Source: Octopus bimaculoides (Eukaryota). From it: DNA of 53,244 nt. A program made the position numbers and the translations under genes. Shown piece after piece: positions 25,651 to 38,889 of the stretch (within the stretch, counting starts at the first letter, position 1; the number at the start of each line of letters is the position of its first letter). Under the pieces are notes generated by a model, which was not told the origin of the DNA, made no database searches, and worked only from the letters and a program-made list of their open reading frames with translations. Location of the stretch: contig NC_069001.1 of assembly GCF_001194135.2 (NCBI RefSeq), positions 20,504,002 to 20,557,245 on the forward strand. The letters run 5' to 3'.

Positions 25651-27094
25651 ACATATATACATATACAAACACATATATATAAATGTATACATATATATAT
25701 ATATAAATAAGATTCAGTTGAATGAAGTACTTAAATTGAGGCACCAAGCCAGTTGAGTATCATCCATGCAGCTCGAAGTAAGGTGAACAAAATGCAAATG
25801 AGTAACAAGAATGTCCAGGTATCAATACATTACAGCTGTTTCAAGTGACTCCATTTAATCGATCAATGCAAACATCACATCAATTTGAGAGAAACTGCTC
25901 TCCTCAGACGCAGATGATCATATAGATTTCCAACATAAAGGATAAGCCATTTTTAGCATTTATAGCAAATTTATATCAGTACTAGAAACCAAAATAATTA
26001 CATTGTTTCCTTATGTTATATTTGTGGCAGAATGAATTCAGAGAATAATGCATATCAATTTAAGCCTACTATAATTTAGAGTGTAGCAGAGGAAAATAGT
26101 GGTGGGGTCAAGATATAGGAGTGGTGAGATAATTTTTTATTTTTATTTATAAGATTTTATACAACCATTTAAAATTAAATCCATTGGGAGTTGTTAGCTA
26201 TGTTCCAGTTGATAGTGATAAATTAATTAGTCAGACAGCCTCCCAGACACTTATTTTACTGGGACCATATATCTAGCTTTATCTACAGTGAGAGAATGAC
26301 TGATGAGGAAGAGGTGATGACTAGAAGAAGGAAGAATGTGGGTGGCTGGTCCTTATTTAGATTATCAAATAAAAGTGAAAAGCAAAAGAGGTTAAAATAA
26401 GCTCCAAGGGTGGGAATTAGAAATGATACAGGATGTGGTAATTCACAAGTTATTCAATTTATTATATTAATTGATACCTGGACATCTTTGTTACTNNNNN
26501 NNNNNNNNNNNNNNNNNNNNNNNNNNNNNNNNNNNNNNNNNNNNNNNNNNNNNNNNNNNNNNNNNNNNNNNNNNNNNNNNNNNNNNNNNNNNNNNNNNNN
26601 NNNNNNNNNNNNNNNNNNNNNNNNNNNNNNNNNNNNNNNNNNNNNNNNNNNNNNNNNNNNNNNNNNNNNNNNNNNNNNNNNNNNNNNNNNNNNNNNNNNN
26701 NNNNNNNNNNNNNNNNNNNNNNNNNNNNNNNNNNNNNNNNNNNNNNNNNNNNNNNNNNNNNNNNNNNNNNNNNNNNNNNNNNNNNNNNNNNNNNNNNNNN
26801 NNNNNNNNNNNNNNNNNNNNNNNNNNNNNNNNNNNNNNNNNNNNNNNNNNNNNNNNNNNNNNNNNNNNNNNNNNNNNNNNNNNNNNNNNNNNNNNNNNNN
26901 NNNNNNNNNNNNNNNNNNNNNNNNNNNNNNNNNNNNNNNNNNNNNNNNNNNNNNNNNNNNNNNNNNNNNNNNNNNNNNNNNNNNNNNNNNNNNNNNNNNN
27001 NNNNNNNNNNNNNNNNNNNNNNNNNNNNNNNNNNNNNNNNNNNNNNNNNNNNNNNNNNNNNNNNNNNNNNNNNNNNNNNNNNNNNNNNNNNNNN

Positions 27095-27441
27095 ATATAT
27101 ATATATATATATATACATATATACATATACTTAAGACTTAGTTGTGATCCGCTTCTGACACAGAGAATCGGGAGCCCTTTTGAGCATTCTATTTTCCTTG
27201 CTGGAAGGGTTCCCAACCCATGGGCAAAGATGGGTTAGATGTTGGGGGTGGTGTTTTCAAAGGGCTGGCATGTGTAGCCTGATCACCTCTGCCGATCAAA
27301 CTCCCGACCCATGCGCTCCAGTTGTGACACTGATTCTGCCCAAATCTGACGTCAATGTTACTTAGTTTGGTTTGAAATAAAGAACTTGATTAGCTTAATA
27401 ATCTTAATTTAATCTCGGGCAAAGCCGGGCTATACTGCTAG
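27095..27441 (+). mobile_element. Possible non-autonomous Helitron 3' end
   Basis: Terminal ctcgg-gcaaag-ccggg hairpin (27414-27429), then CTAG (27438-27441) followed by T. The 5' end is lost in (TA)n and the gap. Confidence 0.5.
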
Positions 27442-28062
27442 TAATTGTTAATGAGGACAACAAACATTGTGTAAGTTTGTGACTATAACTTCCAGTGCAT
27501 CTATACCTGCTGCTTTGTCATTTGCCCATCACCAAAGGACTTGGAGGTTGGTCTGGGATGGTGTGATGTCTTGACTTGCATGTGACATGGATCAAAGTGA
27601 GGGAGGGTTGCACAACATCATCTACCTCACTTTTACATCCCTTCCTATCTGATTCCAGTAACAAGACAAAGCGAAGAAGACTAGAGATATATACGCATAT
27701 ACATGAATATAAAATATTGTTCTATTATTGGTAGGATTGGGAAAAGAATTACTACATCCAACGAGAAATAAATATGATTCAATATACACAGGATTTAAAT
27801 TTGAGCTACTATTAGTTTCATGTTGTGGAAACATGATTGTCATTCCACATATTTCTTTAACTTCCTCTCATCCTTTCTCTTCTTTTCAAACACCAACATC
27901 CTTGCGTCTTTCTTTTTCAAAGACCAGCCATATCGAATATTTGAGTCTGAAAGATTGCTAGGAAGCACATAGCATGCTCTACAAGCCTATCTGACCATCG
28001 TGCTTTCAAAGAATGAAACTAATAAAAACTCAAATTTAAATCTTGTGTATATTAAATGAAAC

Positions 28063-28122
<60 letters not shown>

Positions 28123-28579
28123 AAAAAGAATTTTGGTGAAGAGATTTTCCCCCATGTGGTCAGTTCTANNNNNNNNNNNNNNNNNNNNNNNNNNNNNNNN
28201 NNNNNNNNNNNNNNNNNNNNNNNNNNNNNNNNNNNNNNNNNNNNNNNNNNNNNNNNNNNNNNNNNNNNNNNNNNNNNNNNNNNNNNNNNNNNNNNNNNNN
28301 NNNNNNNNNNNNNNNNNNNNNNNNNNNNNNNNNNNNNNNNNNNNNNNNNNNNNNNNNNNNNNNNNNNNNNNNNNNNNNNNNNNNNNNNNNNNNNNNNNNN
28401 NNNNNNNNNNNNNNNNNNNNNNNNNNNNNNNNNNNNNNNNNNNNNNNNNNNNNNNNNNNNNNNNNNNNNNNNNNNNNNNNNNNNNNNNNNNNNNNNNNNN
28501 NNNNNNNNNNNNNNNNNNNNNNNNNNNNNNNNNNNNNNNNNNNNNNNNNNNNNNNNNNNNNNNNNNNNNNNNNNNNNNN

Positions 28580-28629
<50 letters not shown>

Positions 28630-29057
28630 TGTATTAACTTCTATTTCTCCTCTGACACAAATGCATTCATACAAATAATAAACAAAATGAAATGTTATGA
28701 TTCAAAACACAAAGTTACAACCTTGAAGATATGTTTCCAGTTTACCAATTAAAGCTGGGAATAACATGTTATGCATCATCCTGTCAGTTGTGCTGACACT
28801 GATGGAAAGCTGGAAGGATTTTATTTTTTTCTGCCAAGTAATCTAATGCCAGGTAAAGAACTTTTGAACTATTTACCATTTTATATCCACACCCCACACT
28901 CACCAGTTTCTACTCTCACCCATCCCTTTATAGCATTATTGCTTCAGCAATGAAGCAATATTCTAACTTTATACACTTTCCTGCAATACAGTATTAATGT
29001 AAAATAATGATCACCCCCCCCCCCNNNNNNNNNNATATATATATATATATATATATA

Positions 29058-29390
29058 TTGAGGAGGAGACCCCCTTTGGTCATGAATGGGATTGCACCTA
29101 GAAAGTTACCCTCTGAAGCACAAGTCTGGGCAAGGTTGTTTGTGGAAGGCCAGCAATCACCCATGCATACCACCCTCCCCTCTCCACACCACCGATGTTA
29201 TCCAAGGGAAAAGCAAAGGCCGATACAGCTTGGCACCAGTGATGTCGCAACTCATTTCTACAGCTGAGTGAACTGGAGCAACGTGAAATAAAGTGTCTTG
29301 CTCAAGAACACAACATGCAGCCCGATCCGGGAATTTAACTCACAATCTCAAGATTGTAGGCTCAAAGCTCTGACCACTGAGCCATGTGCT
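29058..29390 (-). mobile_element. SINE family C (tail type 2)
   Basis: Head and central domain as 25510-25650; different 3' part. Confidence 0.7.
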
Positions 29391-29449
29391 TATATATATA
29401 TATATATGCATGCATTCAAACACACATGCTCAAACATGAATACATATAA

Positions 29450-29582
29450 CAGGCATTGTTCTCCCAGTCAGTGTCCTGCATATCACAGGCCTTTAATGAG
29501 GACTTGACACAGTCCTTAAAGCGCAGCCTTGGTTTCTGCCGGAGTCTCCTTCCATTCACAAGTTCTCCATAGAGCAAGAGCA
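29450..29582 (-). mobile_element. RTE ORF 3'-end fragment
   Basis: LLYGELVNGRRLRQKPRLRFKDCVKSSLKAC on the - strand. Confidence 0.65.
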
Positions 29583-30350
29583 AAAAGTTCACCAGGGAAC
29601 GATGGAGTGAGCTACAAGGTATGTAAATATTGCCCGAAATTACGTTTGCAGCTGTTTAGACTGATAAGAGAAATGTGGAAGAAGAAAGACGTAGCAGAAT
29701 GATGGTGTGTAGCTGAAGGTATCTATCTACCTAAAGAAAAAGATGCAAAAACACTAGGACAATTTAGACCAGTTTTATTATTAAATACTGACGGGAAAAT
29801 CATGTTTGGAATTATTGCTAGATGAATCATAAGATTCATACAGCATAACGGGTACGTTAATGAAGCAATCCAAAAAGCAGGAATCCCCGGAATCCCTGGG
29901 TGCATAGAACATGCATTTGCCATCTGGGAAGTTATCAAAAGTTATCAAAACAACTGAAGAAAAACCTGTACATTGTTTGGCTAGATCTTGCCAATGCATA
30001 TGGATCTGTCCTGCACGTGCTAATCAAAGCAGTGATGGACTTCTTTTGGATTCCAAAAGATGTTCAACAAATGCTCATGCTCTACTACGACAACTTGAGG
30101 ATGAGATTTACAGCAGGAAAGTTCACAACGGAGTGGCAACGGCTAGAAGTAGGTATTGCAACTGGATGTACGATATCAGTCATCTTATTCGTGCTAGTTA
30201 TGGGGGTGTTACTTAGATCTACAAACTGTGAGAAAGCTGTTACAAAGACACCATTAAGGGCTTTTATGGATGACGTTACTGTATTATCGGAAAGTAGAGA
30301 AGCAGCAGAGGGAATGTTAGAGCGGTTGGATGAACTAATAGGATGGGCAG
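29583..30350 (+). mobile_element. Non-LTR RT fragment of the restriction-like-endonuclease group, HERO-like
   Basis: SPGNDGVSYKV, EGIYLPKE, FRPVLLLNTDGKI, QKAGIPGIPGCIEH, VWLDLANAYGSV, GIATGCTIS, AFMDD. Confidence 0.7.
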
Positions 30351-30739
30351 TAAACTTTCTGAAAATTTTCACACATTCTTCTTCTTAATATTATATATAC
30401 AGTAACTGTGGGTATCCTATCAACTTTTTTCAATTATAACAGTTAAAAAATCAATTAGTAGCACAAATGTCAGACATCCATATTTTCAATTTGAAGATAA
30501 CTGCAGATCTTTCAATATGTTTATTGAGTAGAAAGACGCCAATTTCATTTTCTGTCAAACAGTTACCTCAGCAGGATTAGTTGTCCATTTTTGTGAGCCA
30601 TAGTGTAAAGCTGTAATTTACATAATTATGGTAAATAGACCCTAGGAGGGTAAATTATGCATGAAGTTCTAATTATAGATGCTAGTAGTTATACTTCTAA
30701 GTAGTGGGAGCATATCATAATTAACAAATAGTTTGTTTG

Positions 30740-31630
30740 CATGCACTTACCAAATTTAAGGCACTACATACACAACTATTGCACTCTAGTGATCATGCAT
30801 ATCACTCTTCACACATGCCCCTTACACAAAGCCATTGCATGCACCAACGTTCACATGCATCCATTGATTGCACTTAATTGCTACAACTATCAACCACTGA
30901 CCATCACCCAAACGTACCCATTGCACACAGCTATCACAATCACAGACGAATGAAATGGTTGTCTGTGTAATAAATGTGTGTGAGTGATGGTTGTTTGGTG
31001 GCTTCATTTGAAGGCTGTATGTATGTTGATGACTGTATTTGAAGGTTATCTGTGTGACAACTGTGTATATGATGGCTATATGTTTGATGAATGTCTGTGT
31101 GACAGTTGTGTGTGTACATGTGTATATTATGGTTAAGTGTGTAATGGTTGTGTATGTAATGGTTGTGTAAGTGATTGTTGTGTGTGATCGATGGAGTGTA
31201 ATGTATGTCTTTGTCGGTAACAGCATGATATCAGCATATTTCACGACTTTGTGTGATGGCTGTGTATGATGGCTGGTGGCTGGTACGTGTGACAACAGTA
31301 TATGTAATGGCATGGTAGCTATCACTCACATAGCAACCACAAATGGATCATTTGTGGTGACGATGTGAGTGATGGCATTGTGTGTGTGTGCATGCAGGAT
31401 GTATATGTGGGATGACTGTGTGTGAGATGTGTATGTTTATGATGACTGGCTGGCTTGATTGTTGTGAGTGATATCTCTGTATATGATAGCTGTGTCTGTA
31501 TAGTAGTTGTGTGTATATGTGTGTGTATATGCACACATGTATGTGTGTATATGGCTGTGTGTATATGACAGATAGGTGTCATGACTGTGTGACCTTTGTA
31601 TTTGATGACTATTTACAATGGCTGTGTCAG
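30740..31630. repeat. Degenerate strand-asymmetric minisatellite (units like gatggctgtgtatgt)
   Basis: Repeated atgg(c/t)tgtgt / gatgactgt units from 30960 to 31630, with reverse-complement units from 30740 to 30947. Confidence 0.6.
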
Positions 31631-32630
31631 TGTGATAGCCATTTGAATTCGCTGCTCCTGCCAGTGCCAATACATTCACCTCCATGATGCCAAACACCAT
31701 TACAATGACTTCATCTACAGACACTGACCATGTCCTAGCTTGAAAGGGACATCCCCTCCCCAACTTACAGAATTGGAAATTCTCTTGTTCTGCTACTAAT
31801 TGTGGTAGACTTTTGCCAAGCAGCCAGCAAACAAATCTGGCCAATAACCATAAAATTCACAGAATACAAACCAGACAACTTGGCCCTTGTGCAGCTACTC
31901 ACTACCTCTTGTATCTCAGTTGCTGTTATTGGCCTTTTGCAGCCAATAACTTTCAGCCTTGTCCACCAGAGAGGCAATCTGCTTTTCTTGTTTGGTTAAA
32001 GGAAGAGGACAGTGAAGCAATTATCACTATGGACTCAGCTGACTTACCAGATCAGTCCCAAACATGACAGCAGTTGTTCAACTTCAACATAACACTACAA
32101 GTCAGCAATGCTGGGACATTGAGCAATTGTCTGCAGTACAGTTTTGTTGCTCTACGTTCATCTGGTAGCACCCATCAGTAGTAATGCCAGGCCAACAACT
32201 CCTAGAAATTCTCCATAGTAGTTCTCAATCCAAAAGTCCTATAGAGTAGCCAATTAATTTTTGTTGATGCTCTGAGTCTCCTTAAGACCATTGCCTCTCT
32301 TGTGTAAGCACTCATTACCTCCTGTATTGCAGCAGCCATTATTAGCTTTCTGAAGAACCTAATGTCTTCTGCTGAGAGTCAGTTATTTACTGGCCATCAA
32401 AGTAGGAACTAAAGTCTGCTATCATCTCTGATCCATCGCTTTTTCCAAAAGTGAAGAGAAGTGCTACTCAGAACCAATTAATATATGTCTGTACCAATCT
32501 GTCAAAGATCTGGTTGTGGTTTTGTTTCCGCATTGTGCCTCTGTCACTCAGGCTAACAAACCTTAGCTCTGACAACATAGCCATTGTTTTCATGTTGAAA
32601 AAATAGTCAGAGGACATTCTCAACACTAGT

Positions 32631-32695
<65 letters not shown>

Positions 32696-35170
32696 TTAAC
32701 GTCCATTGTCCATGCTGGCATGGGTTGGATGGTTTGACCAGGGCTGGCAAGCTGGAAGGCTGTACCAGACTCCAGTATCACAATGCCTTTACTAATCTCC
32801 TGTTTTAGATTGTTATCTAGTTCTCCCTCTATTCTGTTTCTCTCTATTGCTTGCTCTTAGCTAAATACTATCAATTCTGATCTAATCACCCTCTTTAGAA
32901 CCCCCACAGTCGGTCTTTGATGAATACTTCTGTCAACTGCTTCTAAAGTAATTCACAAATCTGGTTTCTGAATCTTTACATGCCAGTAAGGACACATTCA
33001 ACTTCTAGTTACTGGGATCCTGTCTATTGGCCCTATCTAAATTGACTGATCACAAATCTGTTGTCAGATAGTTTGAATTGTGGACATCTTATGATATCCC
33101 TTTCCACTAGCCTAACAAATACTTTAGCTAGATATGAGCTGGATAACTTGCTGTGGTTGCTCCATACCCACACAAGCACACCAAGAAAATGCAGTCTGTG
33201 CTTGTCCAACAGTTGGAAACTTCTGGGCAGGTTTTTGAGGCTTTTAGACTTCCTTCTTCTATGAATGAGCACCACAAAATCCTTCTGTGTGTCTAAGACA
33301 CAATTCCAATTCCCCACTAATAGTAATTATCAAGACATCCTAGAAGGACTTCTAGATGTTTGAAGGAACCTGGCCTTCCTACCCCTGTTGGGAGCATAGA
33401 TGACTGTTAATTGAGAGACACCACCTCTACTGCTTTTTATATCAAGGACACTAACTTACGTAAAGGATCCAATGTCTGTAGGATACTTTTTTAACATGAA
33501 GATAAATGTTTGCGTTGGTTTGAATTAATGGTCAGTCTTGGAGTAAGGATTTGAGAGATGTTTATCTAAGCTTCTTACCCTTTGTAACCATGTTTTTGTT
33601 TTCAATTACCTCCTACACCAAACCCCTGCTACTTTTTCGAACAACTGTAAAGTTGATGGTTTGGCTTGTATATTTGGTTGTATGTGTTGTGTTTGTTGTT
33701 GTCATTGTTCATCCTGTATTGCTTTTGTTTTAGTGCTTCTTTTTATAGCTATGGTTGTGGTTGAATTTATGAATACTGGTTTTGTTTTTGCTGGAGTTTT
33801 GGGGACGGTGCTGGTATTATTGGTGAATGGTTTAGAGATGGGTTTTCTCTCTCTGGCTTTTTAGCTTTTCACTTGGGGTAGCCTTCTTTTTAGAGTTGTT
33901 TTCCTCTTAACCCAACTCATGTCTTTTGCAGCTGTTTGTCTCTAAAGGTGTCTGTATCCACTAACTTTGTGTCAGGAAAAAGGTGGATCTGTGTGTGTGT
34001 GAGTATGTAATCAATTCACTGAATTTTGGGTCTGCTGATGAGTTACCTTTTTTGTTTGTAGGACTGGCTGTTGTGGAGTATCTAATTCTTGATTTGTGCT
34101 GCTTGTCTCCACTGCTGCTGCTGTTGTTTTTGTTGCAGATCCTGCTTTTGGAGTTGTTTCTGCAGTTGTTGTTAAAGTTGCTAGTTGTGCTTCTGTTGCT
34201 ACTGTTTGTGTAGTGGTTGCTGTGATTGTGGTATTGGTAGCAGTATAGGCTTTCCTCCAGCTCCCCTTTGTTGTTGCACCAGAAGGCTTTTAAGTGGGAG
34301 TTTCTCCCACATGTATAGCATCTGGATTTTCTGCCTTTCACTATGACATGCATTTGTGCCAGTTTGGCAGTTCAATATAATCAAACTCTCCAACCCAATC
34401 GCAGACCAATTTTCTTCTTTTTTTTTTTATATATCAAGCATAGTATCCGATTTTTCCGTTACTATGCATATTCACTAGATATCTGATAGTACATCTGATA
34501 CTTTAATTTTTACTGTATACCAACAAAAATATGTGGGCAGGAGAAATAGATCCTTGTATTTGCTGTGGCTTATATGTTTCTCTCTGGTTTGTGAGGAATC
34601 TCACATTCACAAAGCCATAATACCATCCTTGATTTACAATTTCTATGTCAGACGATAACCCCATTAGCCTTTTTTCAATTTGGATGTTTGTGATATTAAA
34701 AACCTATTGATTCTTAGTAGAAGCATTGCTATATAACAGATATTCTAACAGTTCTTTCCATTAGTTCTGAAGAGTCTGAAAGCTGGGCTTCTCTGTTGCC
34801 TCCATTGCAGAGCTTATCTGTGTTGTTTAGGTTTCTGTGTTTTTCTTTCAAGGAAACCTATTTCTGAAACTTTGTTACCCTTACAAAACAATTGTTGCTA
34901 CTGTTGTTGTTCTCAGTGGTCGTTGTGGTGTTTCCAAATGCCAAAGCAAAAGTGGTAACAACAATGACTGTGATGGTAGCTGATGTGGTAAGGTTGATGG
35001 TTGCCAAAATGGTGTTTATGTTGTTGGTATGGCTGGACACCAAAGGCTGAAATCTGTCAATATTGTTACTAATGTTACTGTATTTATTATTTTATCCTGT
35101 TCTCTTTGTTGTTGTTGTTGTTAGTGGTGAAGGTAGTACTGTTGTGTTTGCCATTGCCCATGTGACAGCT
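31630..35170 (-). mobile_element. Decayed Tx1/L1-clade LINE: ORF1 (Thr/Asn-rich, CCHC knuckle), APE and start of RT
   Basis: ORF1 VKGRKSRCYTCGRNSHLK; APE MGNWNCVLD, SYLAKV, CPQF, KLNVSL; linker/RT RPITATEIQEVVSSC. Confidence 0.7.
32632..32776 (-). mobile_element. RTE-tail element (family D) with long (CAT)n, inserted in the Tx1 remnant
   Basis: (cat)n-ttaacgtccattgtccatgctggcatgggttgga. Confidence 0.75.
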
Positions 35171-35879
35171 GTTGTTTTTACCTTTATGTCCATGTTATGA
35201 TTTTATTTTATTTTCTGTCATCAAGGCAATGACATTATTATCAAATTCATACTCTGTTTCTAGAATGACATTTGAAATTCTGAGAGGAAATTCTCTCTTA
35301 TTTCATTTTTTCATTTGCTACACTTTCACTCTTTCACCATCTTGCTTTTGTGTGTCAAACCTATTTCATATCATAGTTCTCATCATCTCACAATGGTAAA
35401 AAAAAAAAAAATGGAAACATGATATTTTATCAAAGACTTAGGGAACTGAAAATCAGTGTGTCTTAATATTCAGCAGTAAATATAATAATAATGATGATAA
35501 TGAAGATGAAGATTTCTTTAATTTGCCACATAAGCATCAAATGAAGGAACATTACATATACAGTTTAGAGTTTGTGTAACAGTTACATAAAAAAAATGGA
35601 GAAAGGGAAAGGAGGGGGTAATGATATTAAAAGTACACAGAGTATACAAAACACACATATACAAAAGAGTTTACAAAGCAACTAAGGCCAATCAAGGAAT
35701 TCCACAGATCCAAGGGCACAAACCTTCACACAACTATTGTTTTCCAGCTTATAGGCACAGCCTTAGAGTAAATTCATTCACCTTAACCATTTTTCCCACA
35801 GTAACTCATCTGTTAACAAATTTGCTGGGGAGGAACACTACTCTCTCCATTTCCTTCATATAAGATTTATCCTATGCAA

Positions 35880-36260
35880 GTTAGCAATGCTCAGGCACTG
35901 CATGAGTGTGTGAAATATGATTTTGTTGCTTTGTGTGCATCTCAGACAAACATGCCTGGTGGTGCTTCTTTGCCTGTAGAGTTAATCTTGAACTGGTAGT
36001 GCCCTTTAGTTGTACTCCCAGGCTAGGCTAGGGATTTTGGAAGTTATCCATGATAGCATAGTTCCTAGCTTGAAACTCCTCCAAAACAGACCAGCCACTT
36101 CATCCTCATTAATGCCTGGAGTTTTCCTGAGAATGTCACTACTGTCACCATCCTAGATTTCTTTATATTGCTAATGTAGAACTTCCATGGAGTGCATTGC
36201 CCAAATGGCAGCATGCTTTGAGAGCTTGAAAACATGCCAGGTGTTGGCATCTACTAATTA
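35880..36260 (-). mobile_element. Tx1/L1 ORF2 C-terminal remnant
   Basis: SLAWEYN*RALPVQD*LYR...CLRC resembles the L1/Tx1 C-terminal Cys-rich region. Confidence 0.5.
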
Positions 36261-36562
36261 TTGTTCCTAAATTATTCACAAGGCTAACAATTTTTTAGGA
36301 GAGGGTTTAGTTGTTTAAATAGCTACTTTATTTTATCAAATACCAAAGGATGAAAGGCAAAGATGATCTGGGTGGGATTTGAACTCAGAATATAAAAAGT
36401 AAGGTATGATGATTCTAAGGAGGAAGCTGGGTGTATATTCTCTGAAGAGCAGTCAAGAAGAACAACAGCAACGGTAAACTATCTTATATGTTGTTATCTT
36501 AGGTTTATGCTACTGTATAGGTAAAGAATATATTCTATATATTTACAATGTTAATGCAGCAT

Positions 36563-36785
36563 AAGGCAGTGATCTGGTAGAAATGTTAGCATGCTGGGCA
36601 AAATGCTTAGCAGCACTTTATCTATCTTTATGCTTTGAGCTCAAATTTCACTGAGGTCAACTTTGCTTTTCATCCTTTCAGAGTGACAATAAATTAAGTA
36701 CCAGTTGAACATTGGGGTCGGTTTAATCAACTTACCCTGCCCCCTCACGAAATTGCTGGCCTTGTGCCAGAATTTGAAATCAGTA
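36563..36785 (+). mobile_element. SINE family B (a partial - strand copy also lies at ~36280-36395)
   Basis: aaggcagtgatctggtagaa...actttgcttttcatcctttc...aagtaccagttg...gccttgtgcc. Confidence 0.8.
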
Positions 36786-36943
36786 TTTGTGTAGCAATGT
36801 TTCAGGCTAGTATGTTGTTGAGATATGTACAATATATAGTTAAAATACTTTCCAAAAGCTTTTAACTCTCCTACACCCTTATATATATTTATGTGTGTGT
36901 GTGTGTGTGTGTAAGCGAGAGAGAGAGTATGCATGTATCCTTG

Positions 36944-36975
<32 letters not shown>

Positions 36976-37544
36976 TTGTATCTGTTTCTCCATGCTTGCA
37001 TGGGCTGGATGGATCTTTTTCAGCACAGTGTTTGCCCTTTTGTTGCTGTTCTTTGTCATCTTCATGAGGTATCACCTTTCACCCCTTCTCATATCTTCCT
37101 GCATTTTTCTCTTCTGCAAGTCCCTTCAATTCAGCCCATTGTTTACTCTGCTAGTCTTCTGCTCCACCAGACCTACTTTTGATGCTTAGAGCCTATTTAA
37201 TCACTAGGCAGGGGGACTTATTCACTTGACATATACTGGTGAGCTTATGTGACTAATGTCTTGGAGCCAACCTTCCTCCAAGCATTGTATGTTTTAGTTG
37301 CAGGACCATCTTCTGGTATTCCACCCATAATTGGGGCCATTGACAGGTACTACCACCCTTGCAACATTTAACATCCTGCTACCATTTAATATCACATTTC
37401 ATACATACCCCACGATGCTAAGTAATTTTCCCCTGGACTTTGTCCTTCTGACTATGCTTACTTTTCTGTTGTTTAGGTCCTCTGGATGATAGATGTAAAC
37501 TATTTCTAGGGCATTTCTAGGTATTTGATACATGCTTCATGTGG

Positions 37545-37547
37545 GCA

Positions 37548-37620
<73 letters not shown>

Positions 37621-37630
37621 CAGACAGAGA
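37545..37630. repeat. Compound microsatellite (GT)n-(GA)n
   Basis: Seen directly. Confidence 0.95.
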
Positions 37631-37783
37631 GTAAAATTGATTCATATTCAAAAAGGTGCTTTTGGCAATATTCTTTTGCAGTTTCTCTATGCTTTTTCTC
37701 ACACTTTTTGGGAAAGAAAGCAATTTTTATTCTTGTATACATATAATTCATAAATATGAAACAAACACACACATATACATATT

Positions 37784-37835
<52 letters not shown>

Positions 37836-37857
37836 TGTTGTGTGTTTAATATATATC

Positions 37858-37888
<31 letters not shown>

Positions 37889-37929
37889 GTAATGTAAAAT
37901 AGGGCTGTTATTCCAAGAGAATGGATCAT

Positions 37930-38870
37930 TAGCCACAGACCCAAAAAGGATAAGTGAAAAGCTCAGTGAACAGTTTAAGTGTCTTCACCTCTCCACTTGG
38001 ACAGATGCTGATAAAAATCCTGGCTGAATTCTTCAATATTGTAGCCCTACAGACAAAGGTGGCAGATATCATAGCAGCCATAGCTGAAATGAGCTTAAGC
38101 TCAGCAACTGGTCCCAATGGTTTTCCATCTATTCTCCTGATGTCATGTAATCAGGCTTTAGCAGAACCAGTTCAGATACTTTTTCAGAGTTTCCTTGTAA
38201 GTGGTAAACTTCTTAAAAAAATTAATGAAGGCCTTATATATCCTATCCACAAAGGTGGGAGCAGAGTAAAGGTTAAATGCTACAGGCCAATCTCAACTTC
38301 AAATATCAGTAAAATCATGGAACGAATCATCAGAAAGAAACTAGATGAAAATGATTTACTGAACAATACTAAGGAAGAAGCTGCTTCACACGGCTCTAAA
38401 AGCATTACGATTGGGTTTTGAAACAGTTGCTGAACCATTGATATATGACTTTGCAATATCAGTATGATATATCTTGACTTTGCAAAGGCCTTTGATAAAG
38501 TAGAACATGGTATATGTCACAAGCTGTGAGACCTTGACATGGCTAGTAGACTGGGAGATTTTCTGCATGGCTTCCTAAAAGATAGAAGTCAGGCAGTTAC
38601 AGCCAATGATGCCCTCTCTGAGGAAACACAAATCCTGAGTGGTGTCCCTTGGAAACTCTCTTGGAGTCATACTGTTTATAATAGCTCCTTTAGACATACC
38701 CACAGCCACTCAGATAGCCAGTGTCACTAGCTATGCCAATGATACAAAATTATCACAAGCAATAAAGAACCCTGATGATGTTGTAAGCTACATGTAATAT
38801 ACGAGTGGGCTGAAGAAAGCAACATTCAGTTTGATGCTGGAAAATTTCAACCACTGTGTTATCAGAATGT
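37930..38870 (+). mobile_element. CR1/L2 (Jockey-group) LINE RT remnant
   Basis: SATGPNGFPSILL, IYPIHKGG, YRPIS, YLDFAKAFDKVEHG, FLKDRSQAV, LSGVP, SYANDTKL. Confidence 0.8.
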
Positions 38871-38889
38871 GTAATGAAGCACCATTTCA

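Noticed and set aside
27622-27961. Hydrophobic ORFs resembling a membrane-protein exon
   Set aside because: No recognisable family motif, stops in the plausible frames, and no convincing splice pair.
24653-28752. Long ORFs (154-279 aa) in the ORF track around 24.6-28.7 kb, and similar ones at 8759-9067
   Set aside because: They are open only because they cross N gaps (8793-8961, 24836-25388, 26496-27094, 28169-28579).
30822-31325. 167-aa Thr/His-rich ORF resembling a mucin or metal-binding protein
   Set aside because: It is a translation of the degenerate minisatellite; both strands give low-complexity ORFs.
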